NCBI GenBank assembly: GCA_965223415.1
Contig: OZ245002.1
Span: 1,280,001-1,344,000 of the forward strand
Length of the DNA stretch: 64,000 bases
Source of the DNA: Myxococcota bacterium
GTDB lineage: Bacteria; Myxococcota_A; UBA9160; UBA6930
Direction of reading: 5' to 3'
Position numbers and translations under genes: made by a program. Below the pieces are notes generated by a model. It worked only from the letters and a program-made list of their open reading frames with translations, ran no database searches and was not told the DNA's origin. How positions within the stretch are numbered: position 1 is the first letter of the stretch; every line of letters begins with the position of its first letter. Below are positions 27,743 through 37,195 of this stretch, in pieces.

Positions 27743-28576
27743 CTACACCCGCGCCCTCGGCGCGGGAAGCCCCGGCACCGCCACGCGGGTGCGGAAGACG
27801 CAGCCGCCGAGGCTCGGGTCCAGGTGGTCGCCGGTCGCGACGTAGAGATCCCTGCGGTCCGCGCCTCCGAAGCAGACGCTCGCGACCGAGGGCGCGGGCA
27901 CTTCGAGAGTGCGCTCGAGGGCGCCGTCGGGCGTGTAGCGGGCCGCGCAGCCGGCGCCGAAGAGGGCGACCCAGACACAGCCCTCCTCGTCCACCGCCAG
28001 CCCGTCGGGAGCCCCGCCCTCCGCCTTCACGAAGACGCGCCGGTTCGAGACGCCCCCGTCGTCGGCCACGTCGTGGAGGATGACGTGGCCGCGAGCGCTG
28101 TCGCTGTGATAGAGACGCCGGCCATCGGGCGAGAAGCCGATGCCGTTGGTGAGCACCACGTCGTCGTAGAGCTCCTCCGCCTCACCGCCGGGGCCGATGC
28201 GGTAGAGCTCTCCCGGCGCGCGCTTCGCGCCCTCGGCAAACGGGTTGAAGCGCTGGGAGCCCACCAGGACGCGACCGGCGCCATCCGTGAAGAGGTCGTT
28301 GAAGCCCGGGACGCCGTCCTTGCGGAACACCGTCCGCGATTGGCCGTCGCGAACGTGGCAGATGTCCTTGCCGGAGATCACGATCCCGCCCTCGGCATGG
28401 AGCGCGATCCCGCCGACGCCACGACGCTTCGGCACGAGGGTATCGATCGTCCCGTCGGTCGACCGCCGGTAGACGCCGCCGCCGCGGGCGTCGCTGAAGT
28501 GGAGCCGGTCTTCGTCGTCGACCCGCGGGCCTTCGATCAGCCCGTAGCCGGTCAGCAGGGTTTCGAGCTCCGCCAC
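27743..28576 (-). CDS. SMP-30/gluconolactonase/LRE family protein
   Basis: LIEGP, FND, NGIGFSPDG, PDGLAVD, FGGADRRDLYV. Confidence 0.9.
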   Translation of the reverse strand: MAELETLLTGYGLIEGPRVDDEDRLHFSDARGGGVYRRSTDGTIDTLVPKRRGVGGIALHAEGGIVISGKDICHVRDGQSRTVFRKDGVPGFNDLFTDGAGRVLVGSQRFNPFAEGAKRAPGELYRIGPGGEAEELYDDVVLTNGIGFSPDGRRLYHSDSARGHVILHDVADDGGVSNRRVFVKAEGGAPDGLAVDEEGCVWVALFGAGCAARYTPDGALERTLEVPAPSVASVCFGGADRRDLYVATGDHLDPSLGGCVFRTRVAVPGLPAPRARV

Positions 28577-28578
28577 GG

Positions 28579-29439
28579 TCAGGGCGCCAGCGCTTCGAGC
28601 AGCTTCCAGTGGGGCCCGCGCCCCTCCGGGTTCAGGGGGCTCACCGCGATGTGGGACGCGCCGGCCTCGCGGTGGGCCGCCATGCGCTCGCGGATGCGGG
28701 CCTTGCTGCCCCAGGCGACGCAGCCGTCGATCAGCCGGTCGCTCCCGCCCTCCTCGAAGTCCGCCTCGTCGTAGCCCCACGCCATCCACTGCTTCCGATA
28801 CGCCGGAAGCGGGAGGTAGATGCCGAGGGCCTTACGGCCGATGGCGCGGGCGCGGGCGGCATCTTCGCAGAGACACGCGGGAACGACGACGTTCAAGCGC
28901 TTGTCGGCGCCCAAGGTGTCCCGGGCCTGGCGCGTGTGCTCCGGCGGCATCAGGTAGGTGTTCGCACCGTCGGCCCGGGAGGCGGCGAGCCGCAGCAGGC
29001 CGGGGCCGTGGGCCGCGAGCCAGATCGGGGACGGCGCCGGCGGCGCGGGCGCCGCCACCTTCGTGCCCTCGATCGTGTCCAGGTAGGCGCGCATCTTCCG
29101 CACCGGAGGGAGCCACTCGACACCGTGGGCCTCCGCCATCGGCGGGTGGGAGACCCCGAGCCCGAGCACGAAACGCCCGCCGGAAAGCTCGGCCAGGGTG
29201 TGTCGGGCCTGGGCGGTGACCAGGGCGTCCCGCGAGTAGACGTTGGCGATGCCCGTCGCCACCTTGAGCCGCGTCGTGCGCGCCAGTACGAAGGAGACCG
29301 TCGCGAAGGGCTCGCGGCCGAAGAACTCGGGCACCCACAGGGCCTCGTAGCCCAGGTCCTCGAGGCGCAGCGCGAAGCGCTCCAGCTCGTCGGCGGCGAG
29401 GCCGTCGGTGAAGAAGATGACGCTCGGGTTCAGCTCCAC
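28579..29439 (-). CDS. LLM-class F420-dependent oxidoreductase (TIGR03620-like)
   Basis: LGYEALWVPE, VATGIANVYSRD, GRFVLGLGVSH, LAAHGP, PEHTRQAR. Confidence 0.85.
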   Translation of the reverse strand: MELNPSVIFFTDGLAADELERFALRLEDLGYEALWVPEFFGREPFATVSFVLARTTRLKVATGIANVYSRDALVTAQARHTLAELSGGRFVLGLGVSHPPMAEAHGVEWLPPVRKMRAYLDTIEGTKVAAPAPPAPSPIWLAAHGPGLLRLAASRADGANTYLMPPEHTRQARDTLGADKRLNVVVPACLCEDAARARAIGRKALGIYLPLPAYRKQWMAWGYDEADFEEGGSDRLIDGCVAWGSKARIRERMAAHREAGASHIAVSPLNPEGRGPHWKLLEALAP

Positions 29440-29452
29440 GTGCGGTCTCCCG

Positions 29453-30289
29453 TCAGGCGACGCGTTCGAAGATCTTGGCGAAGGCCTCGGTGCACCGGAG
29501 CCATCCGTCCTGGTCCCGCTGCAACGGCTCGGCGACGATGTGCTGGATTCCCGCCGCCATGTACTGCTCGAGCTCGCGCTCGATCTGCTCCGCGCCGTCG
29601 CGCAGGGCGTCCCAGCTCGGACGCATCGAAAGGGTGAAGGAGGCCTCGGGCCGGTCCCGGCGAAGCCGGTTCGTGAGCTCGGCGGTCTTCTCGGGCGTCT
29701 GGAACGCGCCGTGCCAGCCGTCTCCCACCTCCACGGCGCGGCGCAGCGCACGCTCACTGTGCCCGCCCACCCAGATCGGAACCGACCGTTCGGGCTGGGG
29801 CTTCACGCGCATCGCGTTCATCGTGACGCCGGTGGTCGGCGCCATGGCGTCGATCGGGTCGTCGGTCCAGCAGCGGCGGAGGAGATCGATCGTTTCGTCG
29901 GTTCGGACGCCGCGCTCATCGAAAGGAACGCCGAGGGCCGCGAACTCCTCCGCCAGCCATCCGCCTGCGGCCCCCAGGATGACGCGACCGCCGCTCATCA
30001 GGTCGAGGGAGCCCAGCATCTTCGCGAGCAGTACCGGCGGCCGCATCGGCAGCACGAGGACGCTCGTCCCGAGCCCCACCCGTTCGGTTGCGGCCGCGGC
30101 CCAGGTCAGCGCGATCAGGGGTTCGAGGATGTAGGAGGACGGCGGATACGCCGCGTCCTTCGGCAGGGCCAGGTGATCGCTCACCCAGACGTCGGAGAAG
30201 CCGAGCTCCTCGGCCTGGCGCGCGACGGCGCGGATCGCCCGCGCCGAAGCGGCCGGGCCCGACTGGGGAAGATGGACGCCGAACTTCAA
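29453..30289 (-). CDS. LLM-class F420-dependent oxidoreductase (TIGR03619-like)
   Basis: KFGVHLP, GFSDVWVSDH, LGTSVLVLPMR, PIWVGG, GDGW; TTG start is approximate. Confidence 0.85.
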   Translation of the reverse strand: MKFGVHLPQSGPAASARAIRAVARQAEELGFSDVWVSDHLALPKDAAYPPSSYILEPLIALTWAAAATERVGLGTSVLVLPMRPPVLLAKMLGSLDLMSGGRVILGAAGGWLAEEFAALGVPFDERGVRTDETIDLLRRCWTDDPIDAMAPTTGVTMNAMRVKPQPERSVPIWVGGHSERALRRAVEVGDGWHGAFQTPEKTAELTNRLRRDRPEASFTLSMRPSWDALRDGAEQIERELEQYMAAGIQHIVAEPLQRDQDGWLRCTEAFAKIFERVA

Positions 30290-30467
30290 GGCCGGCCCCT
30301 GCGGCGCTCGGCCCACTCCTGGGCTCGGAGCTGGGCTCGGAGGTTCCGTCCCTGCAGCCTCACGCCGGTCCCTTTCGTCCTCGATCGCGCTAGGTTGTTT
30401 AACACGATCCGCCGCCGGGCACACCTCGATCGGTCTCCCACCGCGCGACCGGTGGCGTGAGGAAGCG

Positions 30468-31655
30468 ATGAGCAAGACGAAGCTGATCGAGATGGCGCGA
30501 CGCAACCTGGCCCACGTGAAGGCGGGCACGGTGGACCAGGAACCGGACGTCTTTCGGGTACCCGCCGGCAACTACTACGAGCCCGATCGCTGGCGCCTCG
30601 AGGTCGACCGGATCTTCAAGCGGCTGCCGCTCACCCTCGCCTTCTCGACGGAGCTGCGGAGCCCGGGCGACTACCGCTCGCTCCTGGTCGCCGACGTCCC
30701 GGTGCTCCTGACCCGAGGCTCCGACGGCTCCGTGCGCGCGTTCCTGAACGTGTGCAGCCATCGCGGGGCCGTCGTCGTGCCCGAAGGCAGCGGGAGCGCG
30801 CGGCGCTTCACCTGCCCCTACCACGCCTGGAGCTACGACAACGAGGGCGGGCTCGTCGGCATCTACAAGCAGAAGGACTTCGGCGAGGTGGACAAGAGCT
30901 GCATGGGGCTGACGCCCCTGCCGGTCGCCGAGCGGGCCGGGCTGATCTTCGCGGTGCTCACGCCGGGCGTCGACATCGACTTCGATACCTTCCTCTGCGG
31001 CTACGACGAGCTGCTGGCTCACCACCACTTCGACGAGTGTCACCTGGTCGGGCGCCAGTCGATCGAAGGGCCGAACTGGAAGGTCGCCTACGACGGCTAT
31101 CTCGACTTCTACCACCTCCCGATCCTGCACAAGGACTCCTTCGGGTCGAGCTTTCCGAGCGACGCCCTCTACGACGCGTTCGGGCCCCACCAGAGGGTGA
31201 GCATGCCGGACCCGCGCTACCTGGGGCTCGAGGAGAAGCCGGAGGAGGAGTGGGACCCGGCCGGCCTGATCGCCGGCGTCTGGACCATCTTCCCCCACAT
31301 CTCGATCGCAGATTTCGACGCCGGCGGGAAGCTCTACATGGTCTCGCAGCTCTTCCCCGGACCCACCGCCGACGAGTCGGTCACGGTGCAGAACTTCCTC
31401 ACCACGAGCGAGCCCGACGAGGAACGGCGGGAGCAGATTGCGGGGATGATGAAGTTCCTGGAGCACGTCGTGAAGGACGAGGATTACTTCACGGGCAACC
31501 GCATCCAGAAGGCGGTCAAGACCGGCGCTCGCGAGGAGTTCGTCTTCGGGCGCAACGAGGGAGGCGGCCAGCGCTTCCATCGCTGGGTCGAGGCCTTGCT
31601 CCACACCGAGGACGCCGGGCTCGGGAAACTCTTCACCGGGGGCGTCCCGGACTAG
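30468..31655 (+). CDS. Rieske non-heme iron oxygenase, alpha subunit
   Basis: CSHRG...CPYHAW Rieske motif; NWK...DFYHLPILH and D mononuclear iron ligands. Confidence 0.92.
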   Translation: MSKTKLIEMARRNLAHVKAGTVDQEPDVFRVPAGNYYEPDRWRLEVDRIFKRLPLTLAFSTELRSPGDYRSLLVADVPVLLTRGSDGSVRAFLNVCSHRGAVVVPEGSGSARRFTCPYHAWSYDNEGGLVGIYKQKDFGEVDKSCMGLTPLPVAERAGLIFAVLTPGVDIDFDTFLCGYDELLAHHHFDECHLVGRQSIEGPNWKVAYDGYLDFYHLPILHKDSFGSSFPSDALYDAFGPHQRVSMPDPRYLGLEEKPEEEWDPAGLIAGVWTIFPHISIADFDAGGKLYMVSQLFPGPTADESVTVQNFLTTSEPDEERREQIAGMMKFLEHVVKDEDYFTGNRIQKAVKTGAREEFVFGRNEGGGQRFHRWVEALLHTEDAGLGKLFTGGVPD

Positions 31656-31678
31656 GCAGGAGTGCTTATCCTGAGCGG

Positions 31679-32410
31679 ATGGACGCCTCACCCGCGACGA
31701 TTCCCTTCGCCAAGCTGCTGCTGGCCTTCGCCCCGAGCCTCCTCCTCCTGGAGATCCTGCGGCGCTGGTCCGTGGGCGCCGGGGCAGCGCTCTACGCGAA
31801 CGTGCGCATGCTCGTCCAGCTCCTGGCGGTGGGGTACCTGCTGACAGCCGTCTTCGAGACCGACCAACCGGCGGTCGTCGTCCTCGTCGTGGGCGTGATG
31901 GTCGGCATCTCCGCCTGGATCGCCCTGCGTCCAGTCGAGGCGCCGGGCGTCCACGGCTACCTCCTCGCCCTGGTCGCGATCGCGACCAGCGGCCTCACCC
32001 TCCTCGTCATCGTCACCCAGCTCGTCCTCGATCTCCCGCGTTGGTACGAGCCGAGCTTCGTCGTGCCGTTGGCGGGCATGATCTTCGCCAACGCCATGAA
32101 CACGGTGAGCCTCGCAGCGGAGCGCTTCGAGGCGGAACGGGCACGGGGCTTGGACCTCGCCCAGGCGAAGCGGACGGCGCTCGAGGCCTCGTTGATCCCG
32201 CAGATCAACAGCCTGCTCGCGGTAGGGCTGGTCGCGCTGCCGGGCATGATGACCGGCCAGATCCTGTCCGGCGTCGAACCGCTGGTCGCCGTCCGCTACC
32301 AGATCATGGTGATGTGCATGATCTTCGGGTCGGGCGGCCTGGGCGCGGCACTCTACCTCGTGCTCAGGGTGTGCCGAACTCCAGGTGCAGCTCCAGCGTC
32401 CCGAGCATGA
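31679..32410 (+). CDS. fetB: UPF0014/FetB-like ABC transporter permease
   Basis: RMLVQLLAVGY, PLAGMIFANAMN, GLVALPGMMTGQILSG, AVRYQI. Confidence 0.8.
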   Translation: MDASPATIPFAKLLLAFAPSLLLLEILRRWSVGAGAALYANVRMLVQLLAVGYLLTAVFETDQPAVVVLVVGVMVGISAWIALRPVEAPGVHGYLLALVAIATSGLTLLVIVTQLVLDLPRWYEPSFVVPLAGMIFANAMNTVSLAAERFEAERARGLDLAQAKRTALEASLIPQINSLLAVGLVALPGMMTGQILSGVEPLVAVRYQIMVMCMIFGSGGLGAALYLVLRVCRTPGAAPASRA

Positions 32411-33671
32411 TCCCCGGCTGGTGCTGGAACGAGTTGCCCGGCGCGTAGGCCAGGCGGTCGATGCGATCGAGCAGGCGATCCCAGGCGATTTGCTGCTCGA
32501 GCCGGGAGATCCCGGCACCCGGACAGGTGCGCGGCCCCTGGGAGAAGGCGAGATGCCCCGCGACGCGCTTGCGGTCGAGCTGCACGTCCTTGGGGCAGGC
32601 GTACTCCTCGGGATCGACGTTGCCCGCTCCGAAGCGCAGGTGGAGGAGCGATCCCGCCGGAACGCGCACGCCCTGGAACTCCTCCTCCCGGGTCGTGATC
32701 CGTGTGGAGAGGCCCTGCGTCGGCGCCCGCACGCGCATGGCCTCCTCGGTGAAGGCCCGCAGCTTCGAGCGATCTGTGCGGATCTCGTCGAAGAGGGCAG
32801 GATCGTCGCACAGAAGCTGGGCCTCCTCCTCGAGGGCGTACTGGGTGGTCTCGAACCCGCCGAGCAGCATGGCGTAGACGATGCCTTCGATCTCGGCGTC
32901 GGTGAGCTTGCGACCGAGGGCCTGGTAGGTAATGCCGGTGAGGAAGCTGATCATGTCGTCACCGGGGTGCGCGCGTTTCTGCGCCACCTGCTCGGCCAGG
33001 TAGACGTGGAAGCCCTCGAGAACCTCCGCCTGCTCGGCCAGCTGCTCGCGGCTCAGCAGGTTGCGGTGGGTGCGACCGTGGACGAAGGGGAGCACCATCG
33101 CGGTTCCCCAGGCCCAGAGGCGGGGAAGGTCTTCGTGGGGCAGACCGAGCACGCTGGCCATCACCCGTTGGGGAAGCGGCCGCGCGAACTCCGCGACGAA
33201 CTCCACCCGACCGCGTCCGATCCAGTCGTCGATCAGCGCGTCGACGGTGCGGGTGATCATCTCGCGGTGGCGGGTGGCGCCCGGGCCGACCCACGGATCC
33301 GTGAGCTCTTGCTTGTGGGCGCGGTAGAGCTCCTGGGTCGGCCGCAGCGTAGCCATCGAGACGATCATGGCGTTCATCTGGGGCGCCAGGGCGGGATCCG
33401 CCGCCAGGGCCTCGACGGCCAGACCGAGGGTCGGCGTGAAGCGCGCCGGATCCTTCACGACGCGCGCGATGTCCTCGTAGCGGGTCAGGACGTAGGCATC
33501 CGCGTCCCGCGTGAAGCCCTCGCCCGGAAGCACGAACACCGGCGCCTCGGCGTGGAGGATTTCGTAGGCTTCGTACCAGTGCTCCTGGGCGCCCTCGCCG
33601 AAGAGGTCGACGTCTGCGAGGGACGCCGGGCAGGCCATGGGGCTCAGGTCGTGGTTCGGGGGCTTCGGCAC
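32364..33671 (-). CDS. Cytochrome P450
   Basis: LGGFETT I-helix, EAMR, HLAFSQGPRTCPG heme motif. Confidence 0.9.
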   Translation of the reverse strand: MPKPPNHDLSPMACPASLADVDLFGEGAQEHWYEAYEILHAEAPVFVLPGEGFTRDADAYVLTRYEDIARVVKDPARFTPTLGLAVEALAADPALAPQMNAMIVSMATLRPTQELYRAHKQELTDPWVGPGATRHREMITRTVDALIDDWIGRGRVEFVAEFARPLPQRVMASVLGLPHEDLPRLWAWGTAMVLPFVHGRTHRNLLSREQLAEQAEVLEGFHVYLAEQVAQKRAHPGDDMISFLTGITYQALGRKLTDAEIEGIVYAMLLGGFETTQYALEEEAQLLCDDPALFDEIRTDRSKLRAFTEEAMRVRAPTQGLSTRITTREEEFQGVRVPAGSLLHLRFGAGNVDPEEYACPKDVQLDRKRVAGHLAFSQGPRTCPGAGISRLEQQIAWDRLLDRIDRLAYAPGNSFQHQPGIMLGTLELHLEFGTP

Positions 33672-33711
33672 CGGGGGGTCCTCAGCGGGGCTTCGGTGAA
33701 TCGGGCCCAGC

Positions 33712-34872
33712 CTACTCCCCCGAGAGCTCCGGGGGCAAGGTGAGCGTCACCGGAATGGGACGGTAGAGGCCGAGGTCGTCGGCGAGGCGCCCGAGCACGG
33801 AGCGGACGTCGCCTCCGGGCCCCGCGAACAGGTTGCATACGTAGGTGAGCGTGATCGTGCGATCCCCCGAGAGCTGCGGATGCGCCTTCGCCGCATAGCA
33901 GGCCGTGCCCGGGACAAAGCCTCCCACGTAGCGCGAATCCAGCTCCGGGATCCGGTAGAGCGATCGTCGCGCCGACCAGGGCCCCTCGAGCGCCGGCGCC
34001 GTTCGCACCCACACCCGGTCGCCCTCTTCCGCGGCGGGGTACGCGTAGATCGCGAGCCAGGCGCCGAGGCCGGCGTGGAAGTGCACGCTCATCTCGGTGG
34101 CATCGTCGTCCATCACGATCGCCGCGCCCAGCGGCCGGAAGCCGGGCTGCCAGCTGCCGTCGGTGGTGAAGGTCTCGAGGAAGGGCTCCAGGTCGGTGTC
34201 GCCGGGGCCGAGCCGATCCAACGGGAGCCGCACGAGGGTGCGGGGATGGGCGCTGGCCTCCCGGTCCAGGAAGGCGAAGAGGTAGACGTAGCCCTCGTGG
34301 ACCACCATCGCGCTGGCGGGGAGCGCCCGGGAGCTGCGGCTCAGGCGGCGGCGCTCCATCTGCCAGGCCGCGGGCGGCTCCTCGGGATTCGCGATCCGGC
34401 CCAGCTCGACCCCGCGGAAGGCGAACGGCAGGGCGAGGGGACCGCGGGGCTGCGCCGGCTCCACCTCGAGCAGGCCCAGGTAGAGATCGCCGCCGTGGAC
34501 GAAGCCGTCGAAGAGCCACCACCAGCCCAGCTCACCCGGGCGGTCGAAGAAGTCGGCCGGCCCCTCCGCGCCCGGACTCCAGTGGTACTCGATCGACCAA
34601 CGCCCCGCCTCGCAGCGCGAGACCCCGATCGAGTTGTGGATGAAGTGCGCGCCCCGTCGCGTCGCTTGGCCCGATCGCCCGACGAAGGTATCCCCGAAGA
34701 GCCACAGGCTGCGGCCGCCCGAGAGCGGCACGGAGAAGGCCGAGTCGCCGCCGAGCCAGCCGCCCTCGTAGGGAAAGGCAGGCGTGCACGCCGGCGCGCC
34801 GGCGGGCGGCGCCTGGGAGACACAGCCGAGGAGAGCCAGCCCGAGGAGAGCTAGAAGGGGCGGTCGCCGCAC
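33712..34872 (-). CDS. Lipoprotein, DUF4185/DUF5005-like beta-propeller
   Basis: LLGC lipobox; WLGGDSAFSVPL, WLFGDTF, EMSV, GPWS, YAAKAHP. Confidence 0.7.
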   Translation of the reverse strand: MRRPPLLALLGLALLGCVSQAPPAGAPACTPAFPYEGGWLGGDSAFSVPLSGGRSLWLFGDTFVGRSGQATRRGAHFIHNSIGVSRCEAGRWSIEYHWSPGAEGPADFFDRPGELGWWWLFDGFVHGGDLYLGLLEVEPAQPRGPLALPFAFRGVELGRIANPEEPPAAWQMERRRLSRSSRALPASAMVVHEGYVYLFAFLDREASAHPRTLVRLPLDRLGPGDTDLEPFLETFTTDGSWQPGFRPLGAAIVMDDDATEMSVHFHAGLGAWLAIYAYPAAEEGDRVWVRTAPALEGPWSARRSLYRIPELDSRYVGGFVPGTACYAAKAHPQLSGDRTITLTYVCNLFAGPGGDVRSVLGRLADDLGLYRPIPVTLTLPPELSGE

Positions 34873-35663
34873 AGGGTCACACGGTAGCCGTGGCGCACCT
34901 GTGGGTAGTAGTCCCAGGTGGCGAAGTGCTGCACGCAGCGGTTGTCCCACATGGCGATCGAATGGGGCCGCCACTGGAATCGGCACTGGAAGTCCGGCTG
35001 CTCCATGTGACGGAAGAGGAAGTCGAGCGTGGCCTGGCTCTCCTGCGGCTTCATCCCGCGGATCCGCGTCGTGAAGCCCGCATTCACGAAGAGCGCCTTG
35101 CGCCCCGTCTCGGGATGGGTCCGCACGACCGGATGCTCCGCCTGGGGAAACTCCTCCGCCGGCTTCTCGATCCCGTAGCCTCGCCCGTGGACGTGCGCGG
35201 ACTCGTGCACCGCCGTGAGCCCCGAGAGGAAGTGCTGCCAGTGATCCGACAGCGCCTCCCAGGCCGCATACATGCTCGAGAAGAGCGTGTCGCCTCCGGA
35301 GCTCGGCACCCGTTCCAGCCGCAGGATGCTCCCCATGGGCGGCGCCGCCTCGAAGCTCACGTCCGAGTGCCATCCATGGCCCGCGACGAACTTCGAACCC
35401 TCGTCCGCGTGGATCACCAGCACCTCGGGGTGCTCTGGATGATGCGGCACGTTGGGGTGGACGTGCAGCTCGCCGAACCGTTGGCCGAAGGCCTTGTGCT
35501 CGTCCAGGCTGAGCTCCTGATCCCGGAAGAAGACGACCTGGTGGGCGAGCCAGGCCTCGTGGACGGCCTTCCGGGTATCTTCGGAGAGGGGGGCGCGCAG
35601 GTCGACGCCCTGGATCTCGGCGCCGATCACCGGGTTCAGGGGGTGGACGGTGGGGTCTTCCAT
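34851..35663 (-). CDS. TauD family 2-oxoglutarate-dependent dioxygenase
   Basis: IGAEIQGVDL, FFRDQ, WHSDVSF, GGDTLF, HPVVRTHPETGRK, WDNRCVQH. Confidence 0.92.
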   Translation of the reverse strand: MEDPTVHPLNPVIGAEIQGVDLRAPLSEDTRKAVHEAWLAHQVVFFRDQELSLDEHKAFGQRFGELHVHPNVPHHPEHPEVLVIHADEGSKFVAGHGWHSDVSFEAAPPMGSILRLERVPSSGGDTLFSSMYAAWEALSDHWQHFLSGLTAVHESAHVHGRGYGIEKPAEEFPQAEHPVVRTHPETGRKALFVNAGFTTRIRGMKPQESQATLDFLFRHMEQPDFQCRFQWRPHSIAMWDNRCVQHFATWDYYPQVRHGYRVTLCGDRPF

Positions 35664-35833
35664 GAGCTCTGAGGTTAGCGTGGGGGGAGTCGGGGGGGGG
35701 CGGAGTGGTGTCGAGGCTGGGCCGGCGTTCGAGCGCGCCACCGCCCAGGCCCACAGGCCAGAAGGCAGCCCGCACCTCCACGGGTGCCCCCAGTCCCGAT
35801 CGAACCCAAGCCCCACCCAGCTAGCATTCCCCG

Positions 35834-37177
35834 ATGCGGCTCTCCCCCGACCGCCTCGCCCGCCCCTTCGTCGCGTTCGTGGAGCGCTTCTACCCGGACG
35901 CCTTCGTCTTCGCGATCCTGCTGACCGGGCTCACCTTCCTCCTCGCCATCGGCCTCACCGACACGGGGGCCGTTCGCGCGCTCGAGATCTGGGGGGTGGG
36001 CCTGACGGGGCTCCTGCCCTTCATCACCCAGATCGCCCTCACCCTGCTATGCGCTCACGCCCTCGCCCACACCGACGGGGTTCACGGCGTCCTCACGCGT
36101 CTGGCCGGCTGGCCGCGCAACGAGCGTCAGGCGTATGCGTGGGTGGCGCTGATCGCGGGAATCGGGAGCCTCGTCGCGTGGTCGTTGGGCCTGGTGGTCG
36201 GCGCCTTGATGGCTCTCGGGGTAGCTCGAGCCGGGCGGGAGCGGGGCCTACTTCTGCACTTCCCGCTGCTCGTGGCGAGCGCGTACGGCGGCTTCGTGGT
36301 GTGGCACATGGGCTACTCGAGCTCGGCTGCGCTCTTCGTCGCCACGCCGGGGCACGCCCTGGAGGCGGCGACGGGGATCGTTCCGGTGACCGAGACGATC
36401 TTCGCGCCGTGGAACCTGGCCCTCGCCGCCCTGACCGTGGTGGTGGTGGCAGCGGTCTGTGCGGGGATGGCGCCGCGGGGCGAAGCGCCCATCGAGCTCG
36501 TCGAGGCGCCGCCGGAGCAGGCGCCCGGAGAGCCCGACCGCTCGACCTTCGGGCGCCGGCTCGAGCACGCGCGACCGATCTCGGCGGGCATGGGCGCGGT
36601 CCTGCTCGCCTATCTCTTCACCTGGTTCCGCAGCCGTGGCCTCGAGCTCACTCTCGACGTGGTCAACTGGTCCTTCCTGGGGCTGGGTCTGGTGCTCGCG
36701 CGCTCGCCCGTCCACTACGTCGCACTCGTCCGCAACGCCAGCCGCACCCTCGGACCGATCGTCCTCCAGTACCCGTTCTACGCCGGCATCATGGCGCTGA
36801 TGACGAATACCGACCTCGTCCACCTCTTCTCGGACGGCTTCGTCGCCCTCGCCTCGCCGGGCACCCTCGGCTTCTGGGCGTTCGTCTCCGGAGGGGTGCT
36901 GAACTTCTTCGTCCCTTCCGGCGGGGGCCAGTGGGCGGTGCAGGGGCCGATCTTCGTCGAGGCGGCCCGGAAGCTGGGCGTGGAGACGCCGGTGGTGGTG
37001 ATGGGCGTGGCCTACGGCGATCAATGGACCAACCTGGTCCAGCCGTTCTGGACCCTGCCCCTCCTGGCCATCGTGGGGCTCAGCGCCCGGGCCATCATGG
37101 GCTACTGCTTCGTCGTGCTCCTGGCGACCTTCCTGCTCTTTGCGGGCGGCCTTCTGTGGGTGGGCGCCGGCGGCTGA
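35834..37177 (+). CDS. atoE: Short-chain fatty acid transporter (AtoE/TIGR00366 family)
   Basis: PDAFVFAILLT, WHMGYSSSA, QYPFYAGIM, NFFVPSGGGQWAVQGP, YGDQWTNLVQPFW. Confidence 0.88.
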   Translation: MRLSPDRLARPFVAFVERFYPDAFVFAILLTGLTFLLAIGLTDTGAVRALEIWGVGLTGLLPFITQIALTLLCAHALAHTDGVHGVLTRLAGWPRNERQAYAWVALIAGIGSLVAWSLGLVVGALMALGVARAGRERGLLLHFPLLVASAYGGFVVWHMGYSSSAALFVATPGHALEAATGIVPVTETIFAPWNLALAALTVVVVAAVCAGMAPRGEAPIELVEAPPEQAPGEPDRSTFGRRLEHARPISAGMGAVLLAYLFTWFRSRGLELTLDVVNWSFLGLGLVLARSPVHYVALVRNASRTLGPIVLQYPFYAGIMALMTNTDLVHLFSDGFVALASPGTLGFWAFVSGGVLNFFVPSGGGQWAVQGPIFVEAARKLGVETPVVVMGVAYGDQWTNLVQPFWTLPLLAIVGLSARAIMGYCFVVLLATFLLFAGGLLWVGAGG

Positions 37178-37195
37178 GCGAGGTACAACCAGGGC

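Noticed and set aside
30321..30342. Short direct repeat GGGCTCGGAG x2
   Set aside because: Two copies of a GC-rich 10-mer are compatible with chance.
35750..35800. SRP RNA or SAM riboswitch upstream of tauD
   Set aside because: Only partial resemblance (CAGGCCAGAAGGCAGC); the conserved cores are not matched.
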